In this document: positions 1 through 11,333 of the stretch, in pieces
How the letters are laid out: every line of letters begins with the position of its first letter
Numbering within the stretch: the first letter of the stretch is position 1
DNA from: Octopus bimaculoides
Taxonomy: Eukaryota
Length of the DNA: 36,805 nucleotides
Reading direction: 5' to 3'
Assembly (NCBI RefSeq): GCF_001194135.2
Contig: NC_068982.1
Location: 30,363,741-30,400,545 of the forward strand
Program-made: the position numbers and the translations under genes
Notes under the pieces: model-generated
Told to the model about the DNA's origin: nothing
Databases searched by the model: none
The model's input: the letters and a program-made list of their open reading frames with translations, nothing else

Positions 1-1619
1 TATATATAATTTGCCACTACAAACACACACATACACATACATTTTTATATGTATGTAAATGTGTGAAAGTCATGAAATAAAATAAAACTGAATTTACCAA
101 TATAGTTAGTTAAGTTGTATTCTAATTTTATTGTATTTTTGGATTGCATGCCATTTACTAACGGTTTTGTTCTCCAAAAGAACAGAAGAAAATACTAAAG
201 AGAAAAAAACTGAAAAGCTCTAAGCCCTAAGACATCAGACAGGAAGGTAGCAAGCTTGGATCTGTTTGTCCATTTTATGTTTTATTGCTATTGTTAAGTG
301 ATGTTGCAATAAGAATGCCCACTTTATTTTGCCCTACTTATTCATTACTTTTGAAATCTATTCTTCGCACAAGGTCAGTTTATGTCGATAGTTTCCATTA
401 AGTTCAAGAGGTAAGTTAAAACTTCATTGAAAAATTGCTGTTACTTACTTCATGCAGTTCTACCCCCTGTGGCAGGCTGCTTGGATGTTAATGCATACTA
501 TGTGGTAATTCCATCGACTGGCTAAAATGACTTGTTCTTTTTGTTTTTGTTTGTTTTCTCTCCGTTGTCTACTTGGCTGAAAACAAAACAAAAAAAAATA
601 TTTGAAAAAACAGAAAATGAAAGAAAGAAGTATGATAGATAAAAGTGAACTTTTATTACTAGAGAAAGCAGTTTTACTGCAATTTTCTAATTGGGTTTAT
701 GCATTTTATTCAAGTGCTCAGAAACAGACCATATTATTTAAAGTAGATATAACAGAATTGATAATATAATTTTTATGTGATCTTGTATTTTGTAGGACAG
801 TGTGTGTGACCTGGTTTTATTTATTTATTATTTTTTTGGTAAATTCTTAAATAGGTTCTTCCTTTTAATAATTGCTGCCTTTTAGTTTTGGGTCAGATAT
901 ATAAGTAGACTCAGCTGGTTGTATTCATCATCAACATCTTTATATTTTCTGTTTTAATCTTTATTAGCCAGCTATAAAATTGATGTGAGTAAAATTTAAT
1001 TTCAATTATCAACAGGGATTGAACCTGCTTTTTTTAAATATTTTTATTAAGAAAAAAAAGAAATATTGTCATCATCATCGTCATCTCTATCATCTTCATT
1101 ACCTCTCTTAGATTTATCACCGTCATCATTGTCATCATTGATTTCAGTTTAGTTAAATTTATTTGAAGACCTCAGTGTCAGCGAAGCAAAACAGAGATAT
1201 AGCAAGCAACATCACATATTCTAAAGCATGTCTAATATCAGTCATAGTATGTGGGAATGAAGAGGAGAGAGCAGTGATATGGTAATGATATGGATATTTT
1301 AGCTAACCTCCGTAGATTAAAGCAATATTTACAAATACAATGGTGATGATGATAATATTATTATTATTACTATTATTATTTTTGCTGTTGTTGTTAATGG
1401 TAAAGATTAATTTTGACTTGATACCACTGCCAAAGTGAATATTATAAAGAGAGACATGATTAATTGATTTCACTCTTGGCATATTGGCTTGTTGCTTGGC
1501 CTCATGTCAGCCCTAATGAAGCAGATCTGTAGTCGAAAATATTGTAGCCTATCGCACGTTTTTTTTTTTTTTTTTCACTTCATACAACATGGTGTGTCAA
1601 AATATTGATTGTTATTTTT

Positions 1620-2190
1620 AATAGGTTGATCCAACATGATGAGGTTTCCTTGTTGGTTTGATATTCATCTTGTCGATCTCCATATCTTATCCTCTCAATC
1701 TCTAAAGCACTGATTTTAATTACTCAACACTATCAGTGTCGTTTCAATATCCTTTAGGTGTATCATCTGCATATTTGGGCTGATGTAATTTATACAGGTG
1801 CAAACATTCTAAACCACATCCAAAGCAAAGCAACGAGGCATCCTACATTAAAAAAGATGCTTCCTTGTTTTGGATGTGACCAAGAAAATGTTCCTTCATT
1901 AGCACATGACAACCACTCAGCCACTCAGTTAACAAAATGCTTCTTATCTCTGGAAAATAGCAGGTTGTGTATCACCCAAGACACCAACTTTTCATCTTCT
2001 TGTCATCTCTGCCATGTATTACCTCAATTCCCCTCTTCATGTATCAAATTATCCAGTCCGTTTGTATCTCCAGAACTGGAACACCATTCATGATCATGTG
2101 CTTCTCTAGAATCATGAACCAATGCAAGACTAGATTAAACAATATCACTGTCAACCTCACCAGTCTGAGAGAACTACAGTTAAGCTTATG
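1620..2190 (-). mobile_element. Heavily degraded non-LTR (RTE-like) reverse transcriptase fragment
   Basis: The minus strand reads KYADDT at about 1759-1776, preceded by a KQGSI motif resembling RQGCIL and followed by KMNIK. There are many stops and frameshifts. Confidence 0.55.
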
Positions 2191-3163
2191 ACTACCATCT
2201 CTCCTTCCTCCTTTTAGAGTTTTTTTGTTTGTTTGTTTTGGTTTGCTGTTTTAATCCTTGTATTACCATATTTCTGTTGAGATCCACTACCTTTGTTTCA
2301 TATAATTTTGAAAGTAAGGAGGACTTTAATAAAATAACTTTGTCATTATTAAAATGGTATTTGAAACAAAAATTATTATGTAAAGTTTTGATGTAGGTTT
2401 CTTTAAAGAGGAAGTTTGTATTATTGCCCCAAAAGCAGTCTCAGGCATGTTCGTACCAAGGGACTATTCCGAAACATTTGAGTCCCTCATAGACTAATGA
2501 AACAGATGTGGTCAGTATGCAGCTTAAGTATCACCAGATCCTTCATTCTACAGGAAATATATAGAAATGGGGGAACCATGAGTCTCAAAACTTGCAACAG
2601 AGCAGATTCTACTAAAGGAGCCTTGATGGTAATGTTAAACAAAAGGATGTACTTGGCCCATCACCAAAGTAAATTTTTAAGAAATAAGCATTTTGTATGA
2701 ATACACTTGATATGGTCAATTTATAGAGAAGACTCTGTATTTTTGTTTGTAAAACTCTGATTTGTAATATGTGACATTGAGTATCATAGAATTTTGTTTA
2801 TAACTTAGTGCAATAGGCATTCCATTTCTAAGTAATTTTCTGTTTAATATGGTTTTATATATTATTGCGAAGGTGTTTATTCCTTTCCGGTGTTTTAATG
2901 TTAACTTTAAATTCTTTTTCTATTTGCTTACGTGGTTTGTCCTGTTTCAACTGTTATTGTCATTCCTGATATTTAGCATTGCTTGCATTTTGCCGCAATG
3001 AATGCCATCTAACCCATGTGAGCATGGAAAAGTAAACGTCAAAACAACGGCAGCAGCAGCCATCATTGTCCTCATCATCATTATTACATCTATTATGTCA
3101 TATGAAAGTCAGGAAGTGTTTTTAATATATTTTCTGCCATAAATTCCAAATATTTGAATTTAG

Positions 3164-3338
3164 CACTCACTACACTTTCGGAGTGGTTGGCATTAGGAAG
3201 GGCATCCAGTTGTAGAAACCTTGCCAAATCAGTTTGAAGCCCAGTGCAGCCTCCTGGCTTGCCAGTCCTCAGTCAAACCATCCAACCCATGCCAGCATGG
3301 AAAGCGAACATTAAACGACAATGATGATGATGATGATG
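3164..3338 (+). mobile_element. Family-C copy
   Basis: GTTGGCATTAGGAAGGGCATCCAG...CCAACCCATGCCAGCATGGAAA...(GAT)n. Confidence 0.85.
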
Positions 3339-4815
3339 CAACAAAATTCCAAATGAGTGAATAATTGGAATTGTTTTGACAATTTATAATGAATATTTTA
3401 TAAATTAGGTTACACTTGGAATAGATTTACTAGCTTCGATTGGAAAAGGAAATTCTTTCTTTGTTATATAAAAGAATGTAATCTATAATATCTGAAAGAA
3501 ATTGAAGTTATAAATTGGGCTGAAACAGTCACTTTTAAAACCAGTCTCCACAGGCTGGCACATTCTAAATAGAGTTCTAACTCCATAGAGTTATTTTTAT
3601 GTATGGTTGGACAAATACACAATTATATATATGAATAAGTGCACTGAAATTAGTTATAGGGTGTGTTTTTAATTTTTTAATTTTTTATTGATACACATGG
3701 CTGAAGATGGAGTTTGAACTCTTTATCATATAGGTCTTCAGTTTAGCCCCTTTGACATTCAGCTTCCATAACTTTGTATTTTCAGGTTTTCTATTGTCAA
3801 TGTAATAATAGGATGTCTTGTTTTAAAGGTGAAAGATTGGATCCTTTATTGTATGAACAAGAAAACATACAGAGAGGCAGGGACTGAAAAAACATCATTT
3901 ACGAAAATATTCATTTAGCTCTGTTAACATCTTATTAAATTTCTTTCAAGGAAACTCATTTAAATGTTGACTTTGTAGGCATTTAGATGTTACCAAAAGA
4001 ACTATTTTGTTATTATCTTCTGCTCAAGAGAAATATATAAATTTATTATTATACACAATAAATCAACCAACATCCATTTTCCCTCTTTTATGTATTTTTT
4101 CCTTTTAAAAAGCTTTATAAATGTTTCTGTATGCAAATTTAGACACTTGCATTTGACACATTGTTGTTTACAATAATTGCTAATGCTAACGGCTCATTGT
4201 GAAGAAAGAAGTAGAATAATTTACAAACTAGGGAGTGTAAGAAAGCTTATTGTCATGCGCAAGATTTAGGTCTGGGAGCTATAAATCTGCAGCATAATGC
4301 TCTTGAGTTTTTTAAAAAAACATGTTATTAATAATTGTATTCTGTAAACTTTGAGAAAGAGGAGGAAAGATAGAGAATAAGAGAGAGCAATAGAAATATG
4401 ACAGAAGCACAGATATTGTTACGAGTTTCTTTAGACTTTTGTCTTTAAAATCTTGCTTCTAACCTGACTGGGATTAGTTTTACTATGGACATGTTTGGTA
4501 GGGTAGGAAATAGAGGGCTGCTGCATAATTTACAAACATGTCATTGATGGACATTTCTAAATTTGAATCCTGTTCGTTGAATTGAATACGAATGTTAAAT
4601 CAATAACAATTGGTGGGCAATCCTTGTGTTCTTGTGTTCCTTAGAATTCATGGAATTGCACTGAATTCTACCTCTCTAAAGTTACATTTTATTACTTGTC
4701 TGTACTCTTGAGATTTGGACAGATAAATCCTTTTGGATTCTAAGTAACAAAGGTTTCTTGAATGATGTTCTTGCCTGAATAACTAAATAACAATGCATTC
4801 TGAACCTGGATACTG

Positions 4816-5284
4816 TTAATAATAATAATAGTAATAGTAATAATAATAATAATAATAATAACCTTTTCTACTATAGGCACAAGGCCTGAATTTTGGCGGG
4901 AGGGGATTAAATTGATCATGGTGGCATTGGAACTCAGAACATAAAGATGGATGTAATGTCACTAAGCATTTTACTCAGCATGCTACTGATTCTGCCAGCT
5001 CTTCGCCTTAATAATGATAATAATAATAATAATAATAATAATAATCTCGAGAAGAAGAAAAACAACATCAAAAACAGCAGTCCTTTATACTATAGGTAGA
5101 AAACTTGAAATTTAATTATATTGACTCCAGTGCTCAGCTACTATTAATTCATTGACCCCCGAAAGGATAAAAAGTAAAGTTGACCTCGGCAGAATTTGAA
5201 CTCAGAATGTAAACACGGACAAAATGCCGCTAAGCATGTTTTCCAGCTTGCCAACAAATCTGCCAGCTCACCTCTTCAGTAGTA

Positions 5285-5316
<32 letters not shown>

Positions 5317-5640
5317 CCTTTTTACCATAGGCACAAGGCTTGAAATTTTGTACAACAACGACAACAAAAACAACAACAACAGCAGCAATAATAATAGTAA
5401 TAATCCCAGTACTAGAGGTGCAAGGCCTGAAATTTTGTGGGAGGAGACTAGTTGATTACATTGGCCCCACTGTTTCACTAGTACTTAAGGATGAAAGGCA
5501 AAGTTGAGCTCTGCAGAATTTGAACTCAGAATGTAAAGACGAACGAAATGTTGCTAAGCATTTAGCCTGGCATGCTAATGATTTTATTTGCTCACTGCCT
5601 TAATAGTAGTAATAATAGTAATAATGATAATAGCAACAAT
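4816..5640 (-). mobile_element. Head-to-tail cluster of about three family-B SINE copies plus a tail fragment, separated by (AAT)n
   Basis: The motifs TATAGGCACAAGGCCTGAAATTT, TTTGAACTCAGAA and CTGCCAGCTC recur at about 4862, 5081, 5316 (tail only) and 5400. Confidence 0.8.
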
Positions 5641-6488
5641 GCTGGCATGGGTTGGACAGTTTCACTGCGAACTGGCAAGGCGGGTGGCTGCACCAGGCTC
5701 CGATCTGATTTGGCAAGGTTTCTACAGCTGGATACCCTTCCTAATGCCAAGAGTGTAGTGGGTGGTTTTATGTGCCACTCCAAGAGTGTAGTGGGTGGTT
5801 TTAGGTGCCAGTCAAGCAGCATTGGCATTGGCCATGCTCGAATAGTACTTTTTACATGCCACCAGCATGGGAGGCAGTCAGGTGGCACTAGCATTGGCGC
5901 CACTCAAATAGTGATTTTGATGTACCTCTGGCATGGGTGCCAGTCAGCCAGCACTGGCATCAGCCACAGCTATGATTTCACTCGGTTCAACAGGTCTTCA
6001 CAAGCACAGCATAGTGCCCAACAATTGAAGGATGCTTTTAAACGGGCCAGCTACGCGACACTGGCATTGGCCACAATTACGATCTCACTTGGCTTGCCGG
6101 ATCTTCTCAAGCATGGCATATCTCCAAACATTTTGGTTGCCTGTCATTGCCTCTCTGAGGCCCATCATTCAAAGGTCATGCTTCACCACCTCATCCCATG
6201 TTTTCCTGGGTCTACCTCTTCCATGGTTTCTCTCCACTGTTAGAGTGTGACATGTCTTCACATAGCTGTCCTCATCCATATGCATCACATGACTATACCA
6301 GCGCAGTCATCTCTCTTGAACACAACTGATGCTTCTTTTGTCCAACTTTTCTCTCAGGGCATTTACACTCTGTCGTGTATGCACACTGACGTTACACATC
6401 CAGCGGAGCATACTAGCTTCATTTCTTTTAAGCCTACATATGTCCTCAGCAGTCACAGCCCATGTTTCACTGCCGTGTAGCAGTGTAA
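5641..6488 (-). mobile_element. 5'-truncated RTE-clade LINE: ORF C-terminus plus 3' UTR
   Basis: Minus-strand translation of 6488 to about 6085 gives LLHGSETWAVTAEDICRLKRNEASMLRWMCNV...LRWYSHVMHMDED...GRGRPRKTWDEVVKHDL...WRYAMLEKIRQAK*, a typical RTE C-terminus with two in-frame stops. It continues directly into a 3' UTR with internal repeats. Confidence 0.88.
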
Positions 6489-7067
6489 GCGATCTCCCTT
6501 ACTCCATTCCTTTTCTATATAAACTACTTCAAATGGAAACAACTAGAAACATTTCTGCAGGCAGTACACAGTTTTACTTGATAAAATTATATTGAACTGA
6601 GGTTGGGAAAATGTATGAAAGTAAATGCAAAGAGAAAACTTGATACTATTGAAAGTCATGCTAGGTAATGAAAAAAAAAAAACCAAAAGGTGCAGGAGTG
6701 GCATCATGCAGTCTACTTTTCACTCTGTACGACAGCAGAAGTAGGAGCTCCCTGAACTTTGCCCAGGCTATTCTTGTTGTAGCAGCTATGCTCTCAGAGC
6801 ATCCACCTCTGCTACTGACTTTGTCACCTAGGTAATGGAAGCTATCAACTACTTCTAGTTTTTATGTGTTTCAAACGTTGTCTAAGAGGAGAATTCTCTC
6901 TCAAGACTATTAAGCACAAATTGTACTACTCAAGCTGTGAAGAGCAGATTTGGTGTTTGTAGCTGACGATAAGAAAGAAGACAGAAGTGCGTGTATCCTA
7001 CAATCTAATAACATGATTTGAAACCCAATGTGTTCATGCAATGCTGTCTAGGAGGAAAATATATATC

Positions 7068-7255
7068 ATCATCATCATCATCATTTAACGTCCGCTTTCC
7101 ATGCTAGCATGGGTTGGACGATTTGACTGGGGACTGGCGAACCAGATGGCTACACCAGACTCCAGTCTGATCTTGCAGAGTTTCTACAGCTGGATGCCCT
7201 TCCTAACGCCAACCACTCCGAGAGTGTAGTGGGTGCTTTTTACATACCACCGGCA
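7068..7255 (-). mobile_element. Short copy of the RTE 3'-end module ('family C') with a (CAT)n tail; well preserved
   Basis: (CAT)n-TTTAACGTCCGCTTTCCATGCTAGCATGGGTTGGAC...CTGGATGCCCTTCCTAACGCCAACC; homologous to 5641-5810. Confidence 0.85.
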
Positions 7256-7268
7256 CACACACACACAC

Positions 7269-7338
<70 letters not shown>
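7255..7338. repeat. (CA)n-(TA)n microsatellite; similar (TA)n tracts at about 15210, 17090, 17810, 27160 and 28735
   Basis: Directly visible. Confidence 0.95.
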
Positions 7339-7341
<3 letters not shown>

Positions 7342-8066
7342 CAAGTAGTAGTACAGAAATTGAAATTGCACTGAGAGTATATGAGAAGTTTTATATTTAC
7401 AGTAATGCATTTAACCGGTTTCACATTTTTATAATTTTTAGGAGTGTAAGTTTTCAGAGACATAAGATTTTTAATTTTTTAATTTTCTTTTCTTACTGTG
7501 AATAAATACTGAGCAGTGTAATAACTGAAAGAATGTCTGGGAAAGATAATAGATACTATCTACTTACAATATGATACTAGGAAGATGAAGCGTGATACAA
7601 ATAGACAACTATTATAAAGTAGATGTAGTTGAGTCAAAAGAGAACAAAGGAAACTGTTAAACATATTAAAGGAAATAATTGTGTTTGCTTTTCTCTATAT
7701 AAGGAAACAATATGATATGTTGTACTTAAGAAGAAAGACTTTGATAAAAAATATATTAACATTGAAACAAATGGAGAAAAACGTTTCGACTTGATCAGTG
7801 ATCTACAAGACTGAACAGAGGTAAAGAGAGCCAGTATGGAAGTCAATAATAGCAGAAAAGCTCTTGGCTGCAGTCAGAAACATAAGTTCTATAATAACTA
7901 TGCAGAGTCAATTCCTTGATGCTAATTATACAAACTACAAAGACTAAATAACTAAACAAGAAATTAATGTCAGCGTTAGTGTTTGCTGTTGGCATAAAAA
8001 GATAACAAACAATAGACTTCTTCATCTCTGACTTATGGAATATTTTCACATGTTATTGCTGTTTAA

Positions 8067-8282
8067 CCCTTTCGTATTCAGATTACTCTGTCAAATACAA
8101 TGCTTATTTATTTGCATTGTTTTAGGTTAATCATCCATTTTATTGTAGTTTTGAGATTTCAGTGATGTGATTGTTTGTAGAATGGCATAGTAAGGTAGGT
8201 CTGAGGGGTCAGATCTAACCAGTTAGGACATAAAATAGATAGAATAATTGGGTCAGATGTGGCCAGTCTAAAAGCTAATGGG
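8067..8282. mobile_element. TTAA-flanked MITE, same family
   Basis: TTAA-CCCTTT at the left end and ATGGG-TTAA at the right end; internally similar to 25441-25660. Confidence 0.8.
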
Positions 8283-8810
8283 TTAACCCTTGGTTAACCT
8301 TCATGCTAGAGACTATGGTCAAAGGCATTACAGTCTTGACTGTCTTGTTTATTCAGTATCAGTATATTCTAGGACTGCAGCATTTAGTACATCCTTCCTT
8401 TTGTAAGACTGTGGAGTGGGAGATGAGAAAGTTTGACTGGTGTTTCCAACATTCTGAGCTTAGGCTTTTTTGCTGACTTGCATTTGTTCTTGCTGTTTAT
8501 AATCAAGGGCATTCCGATTGTGACCATCCTCGTCTTTTTCAGTGTGCGTGTGTGTGTAGTGGAGGGACTGCAGTATCTCCTGTTCTTATGTGGGACAGTA
8601 TGTTGTAATTTGAGATAGCTTTGGATATTCTTTCTAGAAAGTTGAACATATATGTAACGGTTCTCTCATTGACTTAATCTTTCAGGACTGAATAACTTAC
8701 TTTCAAGTCAAAATAGAAAATATGTTGCATATATATACACACCATTTGTTATATAACAATCGTAACTATATATAACACTTGTATTTGTGATGGGATATGT
8801 TTATTTAGAT

Positions 8811-9142
8811 CAGGGTTTCTCAGCCATTTTTTTTTATCTATGGACCCCTTTGATTACTATTTTATTCTGGTGTATCCCCATCGCCATTTGATGTTTAAAA
8901 ACTAATTTTATAGAAACTTCTTTCAAAATTCCCATTTTATTTTTCACACATTCGCTTGTGTAGGTTGAAGTATGTAAAATGTTAGAGAAAGAAACCAAGC
9001 TGTTTCTTGCAATGCATACCAATATAGACATCTAAAGCAAAATATTTTCAGGAACCATTAAAATGCTTCTGTGGATCCCCAATTTAGTATTTTGTTGCAT
9101 CGACCCCTAAAATCTTATATGGACCCCAGTTGAGAACCACTG
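8811..9142. mobile_element. 332-bp hAT-type MITE
   Basis: Perfect 8-bp TSD ATTTAGAT at 8803-8810 and 9143-9150. TIRs are CAGGGTTTCTCAGC and the reverse complement of CAGTGGTTCTCAAC. Confidence 0.9.
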
Positions 9143-9324
9143 ATTTAGATTCATAAAGAGATCAATGCAAAGACCCTGTAATCAGAGCCAATGAGGAAAA
9201 CAACCTATCCATTTTGACAAACATTTCAATTTTTTCAGAACAAAACATTAGATGTGATGAGATGGAAAATTTATGAGAATATGGAGATCCTGGAATGGAA
9301 ATATCATGCAATCTGCTATCTTTT

Positions 9325-9660
9325 ATTGTTTACTTGTTGGAGCCATTGGGCTGAAGCTTTTCTGGGGCATTGCCTTAAAGAGTTTAGTTGAACAAATCAA
9401 TCCTGGTACTTACTTTTTTACGCCTGGTACTTCTTCTATTGATCTCTTTGGGGTTGTAAACAGACTAACATTAGTTGTCGAGTAATGGTGGGGGACAAAC
9501 ACATAAACGTGTGTGTGTCTGTCTGTCTGTGTATGCCTCATAGACATTAATCGGTAAGAGGCTACTGTAGAAGATATCTGTTGAAGGTGCTGCCCAGTGG
9601 GACTGAATCCAAAAACCATATGCTGGTTGCAAAACGACCTTTTCAACTACAAAACCATAC
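9325..9660 (-). mobile_element. Degraded family-A SINE
   Basis: GGGGGACAAACAC and CAGTGGGACTGAA motifs occur in reverse orientation. Confidence 0.7.
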
Positions 9661-10261
9661 TTAGAATAGAAAACAAACAAATAGCAATGTAGTGTATTTA
9701 ATTTTGCACTGGTATGAGAAAATCAGAGAACAGTTTAATACAATGAACTTTGGTCCTTTGTCAAGGAAAAAAAAGAAGGTAATGTTCCATGATGGTTCTA
9801 CAATGGATATATCATGTTGATCCATTTTATAAATGAATTAGTGTAAAACAATTGTATTTCTTGGCAGAAAGGAGTTTCTTTGGCAAGGAGAATAATATGC
9901 AAGGATGCTGTTGTCTGTTTCTCCCTTACAACATAAAATTAATTACCTTACACATTGCAAGAATATAAATGTATATTTGGTATTGCACTGGAAACTTGCA
10001 TAAACTGTTTCAAAGCCGGTGGTCACCCAGTCTAATTCACTTTACTGCTTCTCTTGTAGTCATCTTCCTATAAATTTGATGGTATGCTTTGACACATCTT
10101 CAACACCAGCTTCTCTCTTTCCCAACTGGAACAAAGATGTATCTCTCCCACAGCAAAACACCAGTTCCTGTCCTTCTGTCATATTGTAAAACTCTCTTCA
10201 CTTGGTATAAAGCCACATTTCTCAATTAGTTGAGGAAGTTTTATCTTGTAAGTTATTTGGT

Positions 10262-10492
10262 GACCTCATTGGTGTTGGTGCCATGTAAAAAGCACCCAGT
10301 TCACTCTATAAAGCGTTTGTTGTTAAGAGGCACACTCCAATGTCTACTTTGGCATGGTTTCCATGCTGAAGCAGTCATTGGAAACTGGCAGTGCTCTGGC
10401 TTGCCAATTCTTGTTGAACCATTGAACTAATGCCAGCATGGAAAATAGATATTCAATAACAACGATGATTATGATGATGATGATGATGATGA
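10262..10492 (+). mobile_element. Family-C-related copy ending about 30 nt upstream of the DDX49 acceptor
   Basis: GTAAAAAGCACCC...ATGCCAGCATGGAAAA...(GAT)n. Confidence 0.7.
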
Positions 10493-10524
10493 AGCTTTAA
10501 TTGCTGTCTTTCCTTTGATTTCAG

Positions 10525-10665
10525 TGTGGCAACTGTCGAACAATTGAAACAAACATATGTACTGACACCAGCTGACATGAAAGATGCATACATGGTCCAC
10601 ATTGTTGATCAATACACAGAAGATCATCCCACCAGTTCTGTTATGATATTTACCAATACATGCAA
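10525..10665 (+). CDS. DDX49: Internal exon of DEAD-box RNA helicase DDX49 (Dbp8-like), start of the RecA2 domain with motif IV
   Basis: Acceptor ttgatttcAG ends at 10524 and donor GTAAGT starts at 10666. The exon is 141 nt, phase 2-2, and translates as VATVEQLKQTYVLTPADMKDAYMVHIVDQYTEDHPTSSVMIFTNTCK. This matches my recollection of the human DDX49 segment 'TVEQLDQRYLLVPEKVKDAYLVHLIQRFQDEHEDWSIIIFTNTCK'. The exon is missing from the ORF track. Confidence 0.93.
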
Positions 10666-10902
10666 GTAAGTATTTTACAAGATCAATCCATGAAGTGTTT
10701 TCAATAGTTGCTCGCTGGCTAATTACGACACCACTGCCTGCTCTAGCACTGATTTTCTATATGTCACTGGCAGAAAGGTGAGTTGCTGGTATCTCTAGCG
10801 GTTGACCAAGAAAGCTCAAAATCATGTGATCTGGTGATCTTGGTGCTAGTGATACAAACAAGTGTGTATTTTGCAACTAAAGCCTATATGAGAGTTTTTC
10901 TC

Positions 10903-10990
10903 ATGATATCTAATAGATACCATGCTATCTAATTGATACTTGGTATCTAATAGACACCATGGTATCTCATAGATACTTGTTCTAATAGAG
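10903..10990. repeat. Palindromic minisatellite, 18/19-bp units
   Basis: TATCTAATAGATAC-type cores at 10907, 10926, 10944, 10963 and a partial core at 10981, separated by CATGC, TTGG, CATGG and TTGT. Confidence 0.85.
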
Positions 10991-11264
10991 CGTCCACATT
11001 TAAGTGGGAATTCTATATTATATGAATTTTCTTCACTGCAAATAATTTCTAAACTAAACACACTTACTAACAACATTTGCTGACAGCTGCTATGGTTTTC
11101 TGAAACAAAATCATATTGATAGGATGGTCCTGACTGATGTTGTAGCTATGACCATCCTATCTTTTCTGGCATATTATATACAGGGCTGACTGATGCAGTA
11201 CACTTGGTAATTAGTAGAATCAAACAAAGAAAAGAAACCTATAATAATGTAAAACACTATTTCA

Positions 11265-11333
11265 ACTCTCTCTCCTTCTATCTCTCTCTCTCTCTCTGTC
11301 TCTTTCTATCTCTCTCTCTCTCCTTCTCTCTGT

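Noticed and set aside
2554-2628. Possible 75-nt AG...GT exon (EIYRNGGTMSLKTCNRADSTKGALM)
   Set aside because: No similarity to the expected upstream DDX49 sequence (LFSAT...FFW), a weak pyrimidine tract, and an incompatible phase.
5572-6243. 223-aa ORF on the + strand
   Set aside because: It is the antisense of an RTE 3' end and UTR repeats; no protein family signal.
7203-7505. YIYIYI and similar low-complexity ORFs (also at about 11204, 15108-15382, 17055, 27089-27378)
   Set aside because: These are translations of (TA)n, (CA)n and (CT)n microsatellites.
10903-10990. CRISPR-like palindromic repeats
   Set aside because: The context is eukaryotic, spacers are only 4-5 nt and there are no cas genes; it is a minisatellite.
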